This document shows positions 19,592-27,509 of a DNA stretch of 30,487 nucleotides, in pieces. Position 1 is the first letter of the stretch. Each line of letters opens with the position of its first letter. This DNA comes from a virus (taxonomy: Duplodnaviria > Caudoviricetes): positions 1 through 30,487 of IMG/VR virus record IMGVR_UViG_3300037791_000022; one strand, written 5' to 3'. The position numbers and the translations under genes are program-made. Under the pieces are notes generated by a model. It saw only the letters and a program-made list of their open reading frames with translations. It was not told the DNA's origin and searched no databases.

Positions 19592-20107
19592 ATGAAACAA
19601 GCACCTGTGTGGGTATTCGGCCTAGCTTTGGCGATGGCAGCAACCGGGCCCGCATCTGCAAAAGACTTCCTCTGGTCGCCGAAGAACTTCGATGGAGCGT
19701 GGGTTGAAGTCCGTGACAACGCAAAAAACGGGTGCTGGACCAACATTGGCGAAAGTCAGACGTATGCAGAAGACCAGCTAAAGATCGCAGGCTTCAAAAT
19801 GATTGAGAAGCCCGAAGTTGAAGAGGATGGCAACAACCCCTTGCTGGACGGCTTCAGAGTGAAGTTGATCATTGATGTGAGAGGATCACGCTGGAAAGAT
19901 GGACTGTGCGTCGGCCATATAATGACGCACTTTCTCGGATCAGTCGTTCCTAGGGATGATCAGGACAGCATTATCGTCAATCCGATTGGGCCAACAGAGG
20001 CATGGACGATCTGGGACGAGAAGAACTTCAACACATATGTGCTGGACCACATCAAAGCCTATGTTGGCTTCTGGATAAGAACTGGTGAGGTAGAGGAAGA
20101 AAAGTGA
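19592..20107 (+). CDS. Exported hypothetical protein (moron-like cargo)
   Basis: GAGGAGG RBS; signal peptide MKQAPVWVFGLALAMAATGPASA; opposite strand and lower GC than structural genes. Confidence 0.8.
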   Translation: MKQAPVWVFGLALAMAATGPASAKDFLWSPKNFDGAWVEVRDNAKNGCWTNIGESQTYAEDQLKIAGFKMIEKPEVEEDGNNPLLDGFRVKLIIDVRGSRWKDGLCVGHIMTHFLGSVVPRDDQDSIIVNPIGPTEAWTIWDEKNFNTYVLDHIKAYVGFWIRTGEVEEEK

Positions 20108-20124
20108 TGTCTCGGGGAATAAGC

Positions 20125-20210
20125 CCTGAAAAAGTTATTTAGATGCTATCTTGTGCGGACCTCCCCCCGCCGGTCCCCTCTAACCCGCGAAAGTTGGAAC
20201 CCACCCCGCT
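20125..20210 (-). other. Putative cos / packaging site
   Basis: Minus strand GGGGTGGGTTCCAACTTT...GGGGACCGGCGGGGGGAGG; a GC-rich non-coding island resembling cos regions found after the HNH gene in HK97-type phages. Confidence 0.55.
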
Positions 20211-20302
20211 CCAGATAATTCACTTGATTGCATTACTCTCAATCGGACAAAGTATCTTTGAGTTGATACAGGCTGGACAACAAACCTCTTTAAGGCGAAC
20301 GC

Positions 20303-21280
20303 ATGACCGACAAAACAAGTAGAAACTATCTCATCAACCAATCAGCAGAAGAGGAAGCGCGCTTCGAGGCATCACGTGAGCAAGAACTTTCAGCACTTAG
20401 AAATGAACTTCTGCGACAGCGCGATGAAAACATTGAACTTCGAAGTAGTCTTGAGAAGGAGCGTCATGCTGCGCGCGCGCACATCGACGCTAGAGAGAAA
20501 GAGCTAGATGCCAAGCATGCAAAGCTCCGGAAAGAACTCGCCCTCCGTGAAGATCGCTTGGAAAAAGAACTACAAGATCAACTTCAAAGACTAGAGGCTG
20601 AAAGAGAGCAATCAGCGCAACGTAGTTTCCGTTTGATCAACGAAGCCCAAGAAGAAATGGAAAGAGTAGCAAGTGAGCGTAACCGCTTGAAACTCGAAAT
20701 GGAGGCCTTCGAAGAAGAGAAAGAGCGGTATGACGAAGAAGCAAATGAAAAACTGCAAAGAACCTCATCAAGTTTCGTAGAAGGTGTGATCACCGATCTG
20801 CGCACACGAGAAAAAAATCTTATGGGAAAATCGACCATCTGGTCTGTCTTTGGTGGGGGCGCTTTACTATTTGCCTTGGCAATTGCAGCAATTGCCATCC
20901 ACAGCACGTCGACTGATCTAGCCGATGAGATTCCGGTTACGAATGTTGTGTTTTTGTTAGTAAAAGGCACGTTCTTTATGGGTATCGCAGGTGTTATCGC
21001 CCGTTTCGCCTTCGTATTATCCAAACGGTATTTAGCTGAATCTCTCCGTGTTTCCGACATCATCCATGGCGTTTCGTTTGGACAGATGTATGTGCAGAGT
21101 TATGGTGCCACTGCTGGCTGGGACCAGGTTAAGGAAGCGTTCTCCGAATGGCACGACAAGCCAAAACAAGATCACGAAAACACCGACAGTCAGTTCGAAG
21201 AGAACCTCGACTTTGGTCACGCCCCAAACAAGGACCTTCTGAAGGAAATCCTTGATACAGTTAAAGGCCTGAAAAGCTAA
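20303..21280 (+). CDS. Coiled-coil protein with two transmembrane helices (cargo, unknown function)
   Basis: About 170-aa E/R/K-rich coiled coil, then two hydrophobic segments; AT-richer, opposite strand. Confidence 0.82.
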   Translation: MTDKTSRNYLINQSAEEEARFEASREQELSALRNELLRQRDENIELRSSLEKERHAARAHIDAREKELDAKHAKLRKELALREDRLEKELQDQLQRLEAEREQSAQRSFRLINEAQEEMERVASERNRLKLEMEAFEEEKERYDEEANEKLQRTSSSFVEGVITDLRTREKNLMGKSTIWSVFGGGALLFALAIAAIAIHSTSTDLADEIPVTNVVFLLVKGTFFMGIAGVIARFAFVLSKRYLAESLRVSDIIHGVSFGQMYVQSYGATAGWDQVKEAFSEWHDKPKQDHENTDSQFEENLDFGHAPNKDLLKEILDTVKGLKS

Positions 21281-21300
21281 CCCATTTACCATTCGCGAGC

Positions 21301-21645
21301 CTAAGAGAGTGCGTCCCTTTCCGCTCGTTGCTTGTGGCGGTTGTGACAGGACGCACAAAGCGGCTGCCAGTTGGTGCGATCCCAAAACAAGCGATCATCA
21401 CCACGGTGGGGCGTGATGTGATCCACCACAGTCGCAGGTGCGCTGCACATCCGGCAGGTGGGATAGAGCTTGAGAAAGGCGTCACGGGCTTCGCGCCATG
21501 CACGGTTGTAGCCGCGCTTCGCAGCACTGGGGCGCTTGGCATCGTGGCGCTTGTTCCGGGCACGGGTGAGCGCGATCTGGCAAGCGCAGCGCTCACCATG
21601 CGGCACGATCTGCCCACAGGTGCAGATATGGGGCGGTTTAGGCAC
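21301..21645 (-). CDS. Phage packaging-associated HNH endonuclease (HK97 gp74-like)
   Basis: CRMC...VVDHITPHRGD...NWQPLCASCHNRHKQ; GTG start. Confidence 0.93.
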   Translation of the reverse strand: MPKPPHICTCGQIVPHGERCACQIALTRARNKRHDAKRPSAAKRGYNRAWREARDAFLKLYPTCRMCSAPATVVDHITPHRGDDRLFWDRTNWQPLCASCHNRHKQRAERDALS

Positions 21646-22271
21646 TAAAGGGCCATCCCTTCGCGCATCTCCGACAGCTCTTTCAGGGCGCGCAGCCCTG
21701 CCCGGTCAAAGTCAGGATCAAGGCCCAGGTCGGTGTTCTGCTTGCGCTGTTCTGCGGTCAGCCCGGTGTCGGTATCTTTTGCCTCACTATGAATGGCCTT
21801 GAGCTTGGCGATATGGGCGGTGAAGGCGTCGGTGATCTCTTGCGGCGTGGCGTTCCATGCCGTTTCAGACGTCCAGCCAAGCCATCCGGTAGCGAAGCCG
21901 TAAAGCTCTTTGAACAGCTCACCCCACGGCGTAGGGGTGACCGTGCTGGGCTGCTTGGTGGTGGTCTCCGGTGTCTCAGGGAAGAACGCCGCCACCAGCT
22001 CAATGCACGGCCCCTGTGCGGCCCTCTGGAAGTCTTTGAGGGGGTGGGCAGCGGCATGGGCGAACAGCGGCTCTGTGGCCTCCATACCGGCAGCGGTGGT
22101 GATCACATGCCAGATCGTGAGCGTATCGAACTCTTCGATCTTGCGCAGCAACTCAGGGAAGCCGCCATGCAAGCGCTCAAGCTGAAGTGCAGCCCGCAAA
22201 GACGGGCGCAGGAACACGGTGGTGCCACCGTATTCCAATGCGATTGCGTCATATGCGAGCTGCGTTCTCAT
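21645..22271 (-). CDS. Tail assembly chaperone, probable G-T type fusion
   Basis: C-terminal ATGWLGWTSETAWNATPQEI is gpT-like; N-terminus resembles the 23821-24147 protein. Confidence 0.65.
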   Translation of the reverse strand: MRTQLAYDAIALEYGGTTVFLRPSLRAALQLERLHGGFPELLRKIEEFDTLTIWHVITTAAGMEATEPLFAHAAAHPLKDFQRAAQGPCIELVAAFFPETPETTTKQPSTVTPTPWGELFKELYGFATGWLGWTSETAWNATPQEITDAFTAHIAKLKAIHSEAKDTDTGLTAEQRKQNTDLGLDPDFDRAGLRALKELSEMREGMAL

Positions 22272-22279
22272 GGGCCGGG

Positions 22280-23824
22280 TTACGCGGCCATCTGAAGCTT
22301 GCGGAAGGCGTCCGGCCGCACCACACCAGCACCCACGCGGCGCCGCGCATGGTAACGCATCAGGCCATTCGCGCGCTGCGTGTAGGGGTCGGCCAAGACG
22401 GCCAGCGACAAGCGGTCATAGATGCGGTAGCCGCGCTTGAAGTCACCGAAGATGATCGGTTCAGCACCCGCGCCAATGTCCGGCATATCCACCGCTTCGA
22501 TCACCGGGCGGCCCAGGATCGTTTCCGGCTGTCCTGCCTGGTAGGACGGCTGCCACAGGTAGTTGCCGTGACCATCCTTCAAGGTGCGAATGGCGGCAAG
22601 GGTCTGGCCGTTCATCACCCAGGAGCCTGCATTCCGATAGGTGGCCGGCAGGGCATACATGAGCGCGATCAGCTCATCCGGGGAAATTGCAGCCTGGGCG
22701 GTCGCCACGGTCTCGGCGATGTTCGCATTGACCATGAACCCGGCAGGCTCAAGAGCGGTGTTGCCGCTCACGAACGACACGTTCTCTTTCTGGCCGAAGT
22801 CTTCGGCAAGGGCCAGATTGACCTCGCTCAGCACGTTGGCGCTGTCTTCTGCGAGCTGAAGGGACATATCCACGAACGTGGCGATCTCCTTCACTGCGAT
22901 TTCCGACTGATCAAAGGTCGGTTCGCTTCCCGTCCGGGCGTCGGTCTCGCCAACCCATGCGGCATTGGTGATCCCGGTGCGCTTCGGCAAGATGATGTTC
23001 GCCGCGCCGGTGGTGCGCACATCGGCAATTGCCCGGATCGGGCTGTATTCCACCAGGTTGCGAATGAACTCGCCGCTCACGTCCTCGGGGGCAAGGATAT
23101 GGTTCGCGGTGTCGCTGGCCGTGTTCAGCGATTTCTTCTCGCCGGTGGACAGGTAATGGGTGAACGCCTTGACCTCTTCGGCAGGCATCACCGGGTTAGC
23201 AGCGCCGGTGATCTGGGGCCGGTTGCCTTTGGCTTCAAGCCGGTCCAGCCGGTCCTTGATCTCGTTGAACGCCTTGGTGTCGATCTGCGGCACCTGCGGC
23301 GTATCGTTGGCCGGGGTCGCGGCCTTCTTCTCGGTTTCGATTTCCTCGTTTTCCATGTTGGGGGTCTCCTTGAGGGGCTTCGGGGTTGCTTTCACCTCTG
23401 TGACACGCGCGGCGGGATGAACCGGGCGTTTGCAGAGAGAAATTTCAGTGACAGTGACGGCCTTGAATGTGCGTCCGCCTTCGGGACGCTTTTCATAACC
23501 GCCATGCTTGAAGCCGATGGAAAGGCCGGTGATCACACCGGCTCTAAGGTGGCGGTGCGCCTTCTGTGCCGGGTCAATGCCTTCGACAAACAGACGGCCC
23601 TTCACCTCAAGACCGCGCTCGGTCTCGGTGAAGTCTTCCCAGATACCGACAACCTGCCCCTGATCGTGCTCCATGCAGATCGGCAGGGAAGCCGGGAAGG
23701 TGAATGCGCCCTTCTCAATCACGTCTCCTACAGAGTCGGGTGAAAAGGGCCATGCGACACCACTCACGGTGCCTGCGTCGTCGGTGACGGCCAGCGCTGC
23801 CTTGATTTCAATGCGATCGGTCAT
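22280..23824 (-). CDS. HK97-family prohead protease fused to major capsid protein
   Basis: N-terminal DSVGDVIEKGAF, EHD, GLSIGF, EISL (S78-type protease); C-terminal AWVGE, IRTLKDGHGNYLWQP, ILGRPV, IFGDF (HK97 capsid). Confidence 0.95.
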   Translation of the reverse strand: MTDRIEIKAALAVTDDAGTVSGVAWPFSPDSVGDVIEKGAFTFPASLPICMEHDQGQVVGIWEDFTETERGLEVKGRLFVEGIDPAQKAHRHLRAGVITGLSIGFKHGGYEKRPEGGRTFKAVTVTEISLCKRPVHPAARVTEVKATPKPLKETPNMENEEIETEKKAATPANDTPQVPQIDTKAFNEIKDRLDRLEAKGNRPQITGAANPVMPAEEVKAFTHYLSTGEKKSLNTASDTANHILAPEDVSGEFIRNLVEYSPIRAIADVRTTGAANIILPKRTGITNAAWVGETDARTGSEPTFDQSEIAVKEIATFVDMSLQLAEDSANVLSEVNLALAEDFGQKENVSFVSGNTALEPAGFMVNANIAETVATAQAAISPDELIALMYALPATYRNAGSWVMNGQTLAAIRTLKDGHGNYLWQPSYQAGQPETILGRPVIEAVDMPDIGAGAEPIIFGDFKRGYRIYDRLSLAVLADPYTQRANGLMRYHARRRVGAGVVRPDAFRKLQMAA

Positions 23825-24147
23825 GTGGCTGCCTCACCTTCTTCGGCGGCACCACCCCAGCGCGCGTCCAGCACGTCCAGCGCCAGCGGATACAGCGCAT
23901 CAATCGGCGTGTTCCGGGCGTAGGTATCGACAAGCTGCGCGGCCCTCTCCGGGGCGGTGCCGCCACCGATCAGGCCAAGGCGGATCACCTCAATCAGATC
24001 GGTGAGTTTGAACTGCATGTTGACGGCGCGCAGGTAGAGCGCACCGATTCCAAGATCAGCAAGGCGCTCAAGCTCTGCGATCATGTCATCGGTCAGCGCA
24101 AAGATGTATTCGCCGTCACCGAAGAATGCGGTGTGGGTCAGGGTCAT
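23821..24147 (-). CDS. GTA-gp10-like protein (tail assembly chaperone G-like)
   Basis: AFFGDGEYIFAL...ELER...EVIRLGLIGGG...A..LV pattern; 108 aa. Confidence 0.75.
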   Translation of the reverse strand: MTLTHTAFFGDGEYIFALTDDMIAELERLADLGIGALYLRAVNMQFKLTDLIEVIRLGLIGGGTAPERAAQLVDTYARNTPIDALYPLALDVLDARWGGAAEEGEAAT

Positions 24148-25322
24148 GCGGCCTTGTCCTTGCTCGTGGTGGTGTAGGGATTTTCCAGAGTGTCACCGCC
24201 GTCTTTGGGCGGCAGGTTCAGCCCGGCGCGCACCTCGTTTGCGGTGAGCGCGCCCATACTGCGATACTGGCCGTAGGCGGTGGCACGGGCTGCGGTGTCG
24301 GTGGTCAGCAGATCGTCGGTGACGGCCTCAAGGTAGGCTTCCTTGCGTTCCTCGGGGGTCAACAGGCACCGGGCGTAGGACCAGCTCCAGGCGGTTAGCC
24401 ACGGCTTGAGCGTGATCTGCATGAACTGCCGGGCCATTTCCTCGGTGTTGGACCAGGTGCCCCGGCTCAGCTCAAAGAGCATCGTGGGCGGCACCCGGAA
24501 TACGCGCGCGATCTCCCTAATCTGTTCAAGGCGGTTTTCGGCGAATTGAGCGTCTGCAAGCGTGGTAGATAACGGCAGGTAGTCCATACCTTCATCAAGC
24601 ACGGCAGTGCCGCCCGATTTCGTCCCGCCGTGGGTGCTGAACCAGCTTGCAGCCAGCTTCTTCTTGGCGTCCACATCAAGGATTTTCTGCGCCCGGATCA
24701 CGCCAGAGGGGCGGCCACCATTGGCGAACAAGCCGCCGATATGCTGTTCAAAGCTGAGTGCCAGGGCGATAGCTTCCCGGCCTAGTGTGATCGGCGACGC
24801 GCCACCAATCGCTTCAACGCGCAGCACATCGCGATAGGAAAGGCGAACCTGCCCGGCGTCGGTTGTGACACGGTAGAAGGGTTCGCCGTCTGTCTCTTTG
24901 TCAGGCTGCACGCTGCCCGGTTCCAGCCGGTGCAGTTCATACGGAGTGCCATCCGCGAGGCGGATCACCTGGGCGTGGCCTGCCCCGTTCAAAAGGGCAT
25001 CAAGGGTCAGGTCGCGGCGCAGGTCCGCGGCGCTTGTCCATTCATTTGCCTCATCATGCACAAGGCGATAAGCCGGATGATCGGTGAGCGCGGCCTTAGT
25101 GCTGCGCTCATAGAGTTTGACCGGAAGCGCGCCGATGGTCTCGGAGATAAGCCCGACAGCACAGGCCACGGCAGGAACGCGCATGGCGTTGCTGGGGCCG
25201 ATGGACACGCCAGACGCGGTAGGCAGCACCCCGAACAAGCTCAGGGCGTCGGGGTCAGTCAGGGTCAGCGACTTCTGTTCAGTGCCGAACCCAAGCGCAT
25301 TCTTGATCTTCTGTAAGGACAT
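24144..25322 (-). CDS. HK97-family phage portal protein
   Basis: AVACAVGLISETIGALP, LLNGAGH, FANGGRPSG, VLDEGM, IARVFRVPP, TANEVRA. Confidence 0.95.
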   Translation of the reverse strand: MSLQKIKNALGFGTEQKSLTLTDPDALSLFGVLPTASGVSIGPSNAMRVPAVACAVGLISETIGALPVKLYERSTKAALTDHPAYRLVHDEANEWTSAADLRRDLTLDALLNGAGHAQVIRLADGTPYELHRLEPGSVQPDKETDGEPFYRVTTDAGQVRLSYRDVLRVEAIGGASPITLGREAIALALSFEQHIGGLFANGGRPSGVIRAQKILDVDAKKKLAASWFSTHGGTKSGGTAVLDEGMDYLPLSTTLADAQFAENRLEQIREIARVFRVPPTMLFELSRGTWSNTEEMARQFMQITLKPWLTAWSWSYARCLLTPEERKEAYLEAVTDDLLTTDTAARATAYGQYRSMGALTANEVRAGLNLPPKDGGDTLENPYTTTSKDKAA

Positions 25323-25409
25323 GTGATCCGTCGTGAAATTTGCAGTGTTGCAAAAATACCACACTTAGATTCACGGCGGAAGCAGAAAGTTACAAGCGCA
25401 ACCTTCTGG

Positions 25410-27215
25410 CTACTTGGGCATGAGGTGGTCGAGACTCAAACCGGGATAAGCAATGGCGTTGATCAGCTCTGCGCGCTTCTCAAGCAACCCCTGGGGCATA
25501 ACGCCATAACGCCCGGTCATGGTCGTGTCGCCGTGCCCCATCAAGAATTTGAACTCGTGGTCGAGATACCCAGCCCGGCGCAGGGCATCGGCAGCACCAT
25601 GCCGGAAGGAATATTGGCTGTAGCCGCGCCCATCCTTGATCCCGAGGCCGGTCAGGTAGCGCGAAAACATACGTGAAAAGTCCGCCATCATCTGCCCCCG
25701 CGCGTTACGCTCTGCCTTCGGGAACAGTCTGTCGTGACCAGCCCGCACCATTCGCGCATGGTAGTCGATAAACCCAAGCTTTATTAGTTGGTCATGCACC
25801 GGGAGAATACGCTTCGAATTCTCATTCTTGACGCTCTTGCCGCCGTCGCCATCGTCGGTGATATGCATGATCCAGTGGCCATGCTCTTGGCGCACATCCG
25901 TAACCGCAAGCAGCCCAATCTCTCCGGGCCGGGCACCCGAGAAAAGCATAATCAACGGCACCCAATATCGGTGATCCCGGATCAGCACGTTGCCCGGCTT
26001 CTTAATGAAACGCGGCTGCTCGTCACTCTGGCACCCAGTGAAAAGCGGCGACTTGAACAAGATGTTCATCTGCTCAGCACTAAAGGTGAGTGTCTTTGAA
26101 TTTCTCTCCTTGTTGAGCGCCATGCCGTCCACCGGGTTCTGTTCAAGATACCCATGATCCACAAGCCACCGGCAGAACGCGCCCAAGCTGGATAGGTGGC
26201 GGTTGACGGTGCGCGCGGTGATCGTGGGCTTGCCGACTTGCTCGTTGTGCTTGACGGCCTGTTCAATCGACATGCCTTTGAAGGCTTTGGTTTCGGCTGC
26301 CTTCACCGGGAACTTCAACAGAAGCGCCTTCCATTCGCGCACGGCCTTCTTGTCGATCTCGGTAACAGGGAACGTGTTGCCGACATACTGGACAAACAAG
26401 CCAACGTCGCGTCGTGCCTGTGCCAGCGTGTCGGGCTTGACCTGTTTTGGGTTCTCGGTGGCGTAGATGTCGAACACTTCCAAGACAGACTGCCCAGGCT
26501 CCGCAACGGCTCTGCGCGCGCCACTGGCGGGCTTGACGATAGGGTCTAGGGGTTGTCCTGCGTAATTGCCCTCATCGCGCTCTACGGTGCGTCTCAGCGC
26601 CTCTATCTCTGCGCGCATCATCTGACGGGCCAGCGCGTCCCGATCAGGCGATCCCGGCTCTATGAGCAGCTTGTTTCGGGCAAGGAAGTCGTCAACTTCG
26701 TGGTCGATCAACGCAGTGTTCCCGGTGCTCATATGCTTGCGCAGCTCTGATAACTTAGCGCGCCGCGCTTTGGCGTCGACGCTCTCGGCCCCTTTGAGCT
26801 GATCTTGCAGAACGTGAATCTCTAAGGCGGCATCGAGCATCGCAAGAGGGTCGGCTGTGTCGATGTTCTCGCGCTGCACTCTTTCGACGGCCTGTTCTGT
26901 CGCGGTTTCAATATCAGCATCGGTCGGTAGGTTGCGGCGGCGATCCTCATCCCGCTCAAGACCTTCGGTGTAGTGCTGCCAGACAGCAACGGCTTTGTCG
27001 TCGTCAGTCAGGATGCGCCGGGCGCGCAGCTCATCGAACTCACGCCGCCATTGTTCGATCACCGGCCACAGCAGCCGCTTCGCGGTGGCCTCATCCTTCG
27101 TCTTGAGGGACTGCTTGCGCGTCGTGGTGCCGACGATCTCCACAAGATCAGACGGCACATCAAGCCGGGCGTAGTAGGTCGCTCCACGTCGCCAAAGGTA
27201 AGTATGTCTGCCCAT
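25410..27215 (-). CDS. int: Tyrosine integrase with DUF6538-like N-terminal arm-binding domain
   Basis: N-terminal YLWRRGATYYARLDVPSDL...SLKTKD; catalytic SGARPGEI, VKN, YSFRH, MGH, GRYG; adjacent to attR. Confidence 0.93.
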   Translation of the reverse strand: MGRHTYLWRRGATYYARLDVPSDLVEIVGTTTRKQSLKTKDEATAKRLLWPVIEQWRREFDELRARRILTDDDKAVAVWQHYTEGLERDEDRRRNLPTDADIETATEQAVERVQRENIDTADPLAMLDAALEIHVLQDQLKGAESVDAKARRAKLSELRKHMSTGNTALIDHEVDDFLARNKLLIEPGSPDRDALARQMMRAEIEALRRTVERDEGNYAGQPLDPIVKPASGARRAVAEPGQSVLEVFDIYATENPKQVKPDTLAQARRDVGLFVQYVGNTFPVTEIDKKAVREWKALLLKFPVKAAETKAFKGMSIEQAVKHNEQVGKPTITARTVNRHLSSLGAFCRWLVDHGYLEQNPVDGMALNKERNSKTLTFSAEQMNILFKSPLFTGCQSDEQPRFIKKPGNVLIRDHRYWVPLIMLFSGARPGEIGLLAVTDVRQEHGHWIMHITDDGDGGKSVKNENSKRILPVHDQLIKLGFIDYHARMVRAGHDRLFPKAERNARGQMMADFSRMFSRYLTGLGIKDGRGYSQYSFRHGAADALRRAGYLDHEFKFLMGHGDTTMTGRYGVMPQGLLEKRAELINAIAYPGLSLDHLMPK

Positions 27216-27251
27216 CTCCGCACCACCATTCCGGAACACCATTCCGGAACA
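27216..27251. promoter_or_regulatory. Putative integrase arm-type sites, right arm
   Basis: CACCATTCCGGAA tandem x2 (27224-27249) plus degenerate copy at 27216; abuts the integrase ATG. Confidence 0.65.
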
Positions 27252-27324
27252 GTTGTAGGATCAGAAGTGGTGTGATAGCAATAGCTTACGATAAAACAGG
27301 GGCTTAGAAAAAGTTGGATTTTGT

Positions 27325-27346
27325 TCCTGCCACCCCAGCCACTTTC
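27325..27346 (+). repeat. attR core (22-bp direct repeat, displaced tRNA 3' end)
   Basis: Identical to 9022-9043. Confidence 0.95.
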
Positions 27347-27509
27347 CTCAGGACTCAAGCGCCCATCCGACCTTGCGAGGCGCCTTCACCCCGGGAAATT
27401 CTTCCGGGTAGGGATTGACCTAATTTTCGGGGGCTGTTCGGCCCGTCGACAACCTGATTGCCATGGGCTAACCCTTAACAACTACGCAATCGAGATCGGG
27501 TTTCAGGCT

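Larger units (their letters stand above)
9044..27346. mobile_element. 18.3-kb integrated phage-related element (satellite-like mini-prophage) at tRNA-Gln
   Basis: Exact att repeats, tyrosine integrase beside attR, HK97-type head/packaging genes, partial tail genes, R-M cargo. Confidence 0.93.

Noticed and set aside
22187-23743. 518-aa plus-strand ORF
   Set aside because: Antisense shadow of the capsid gene in GC-rich DNA; no motifs.
13125-25322. The host RcGTA-like gene transfer agent cluster
   Set aside because: Despite a GTA-gp10-like gene, it has an integrase, att repeats, HNH/P27-type cos packaging, a long tape measure and a different gene order.
9044-27346. Complete autonomous prophage
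   Set aside because: Only 18.3 kb, with no recognisable tube, tip, lysis, repressor or replication genes. A deletion-derived defective prophage is not excluded, but intact ORFs and att sites argue against long decay.
27325-27346. Second tRNA gene
   Set aside because: Only the last 17 nt of the tRNA plus 5 bp are present; this is attR.
27321-27509. Upstream extension of the NRPS-like ORF from TTG 27321
   Set aside because: It runs through attR and a hairpin at 27389-27409; A-domain-like sequence begins only near 27510-27570.
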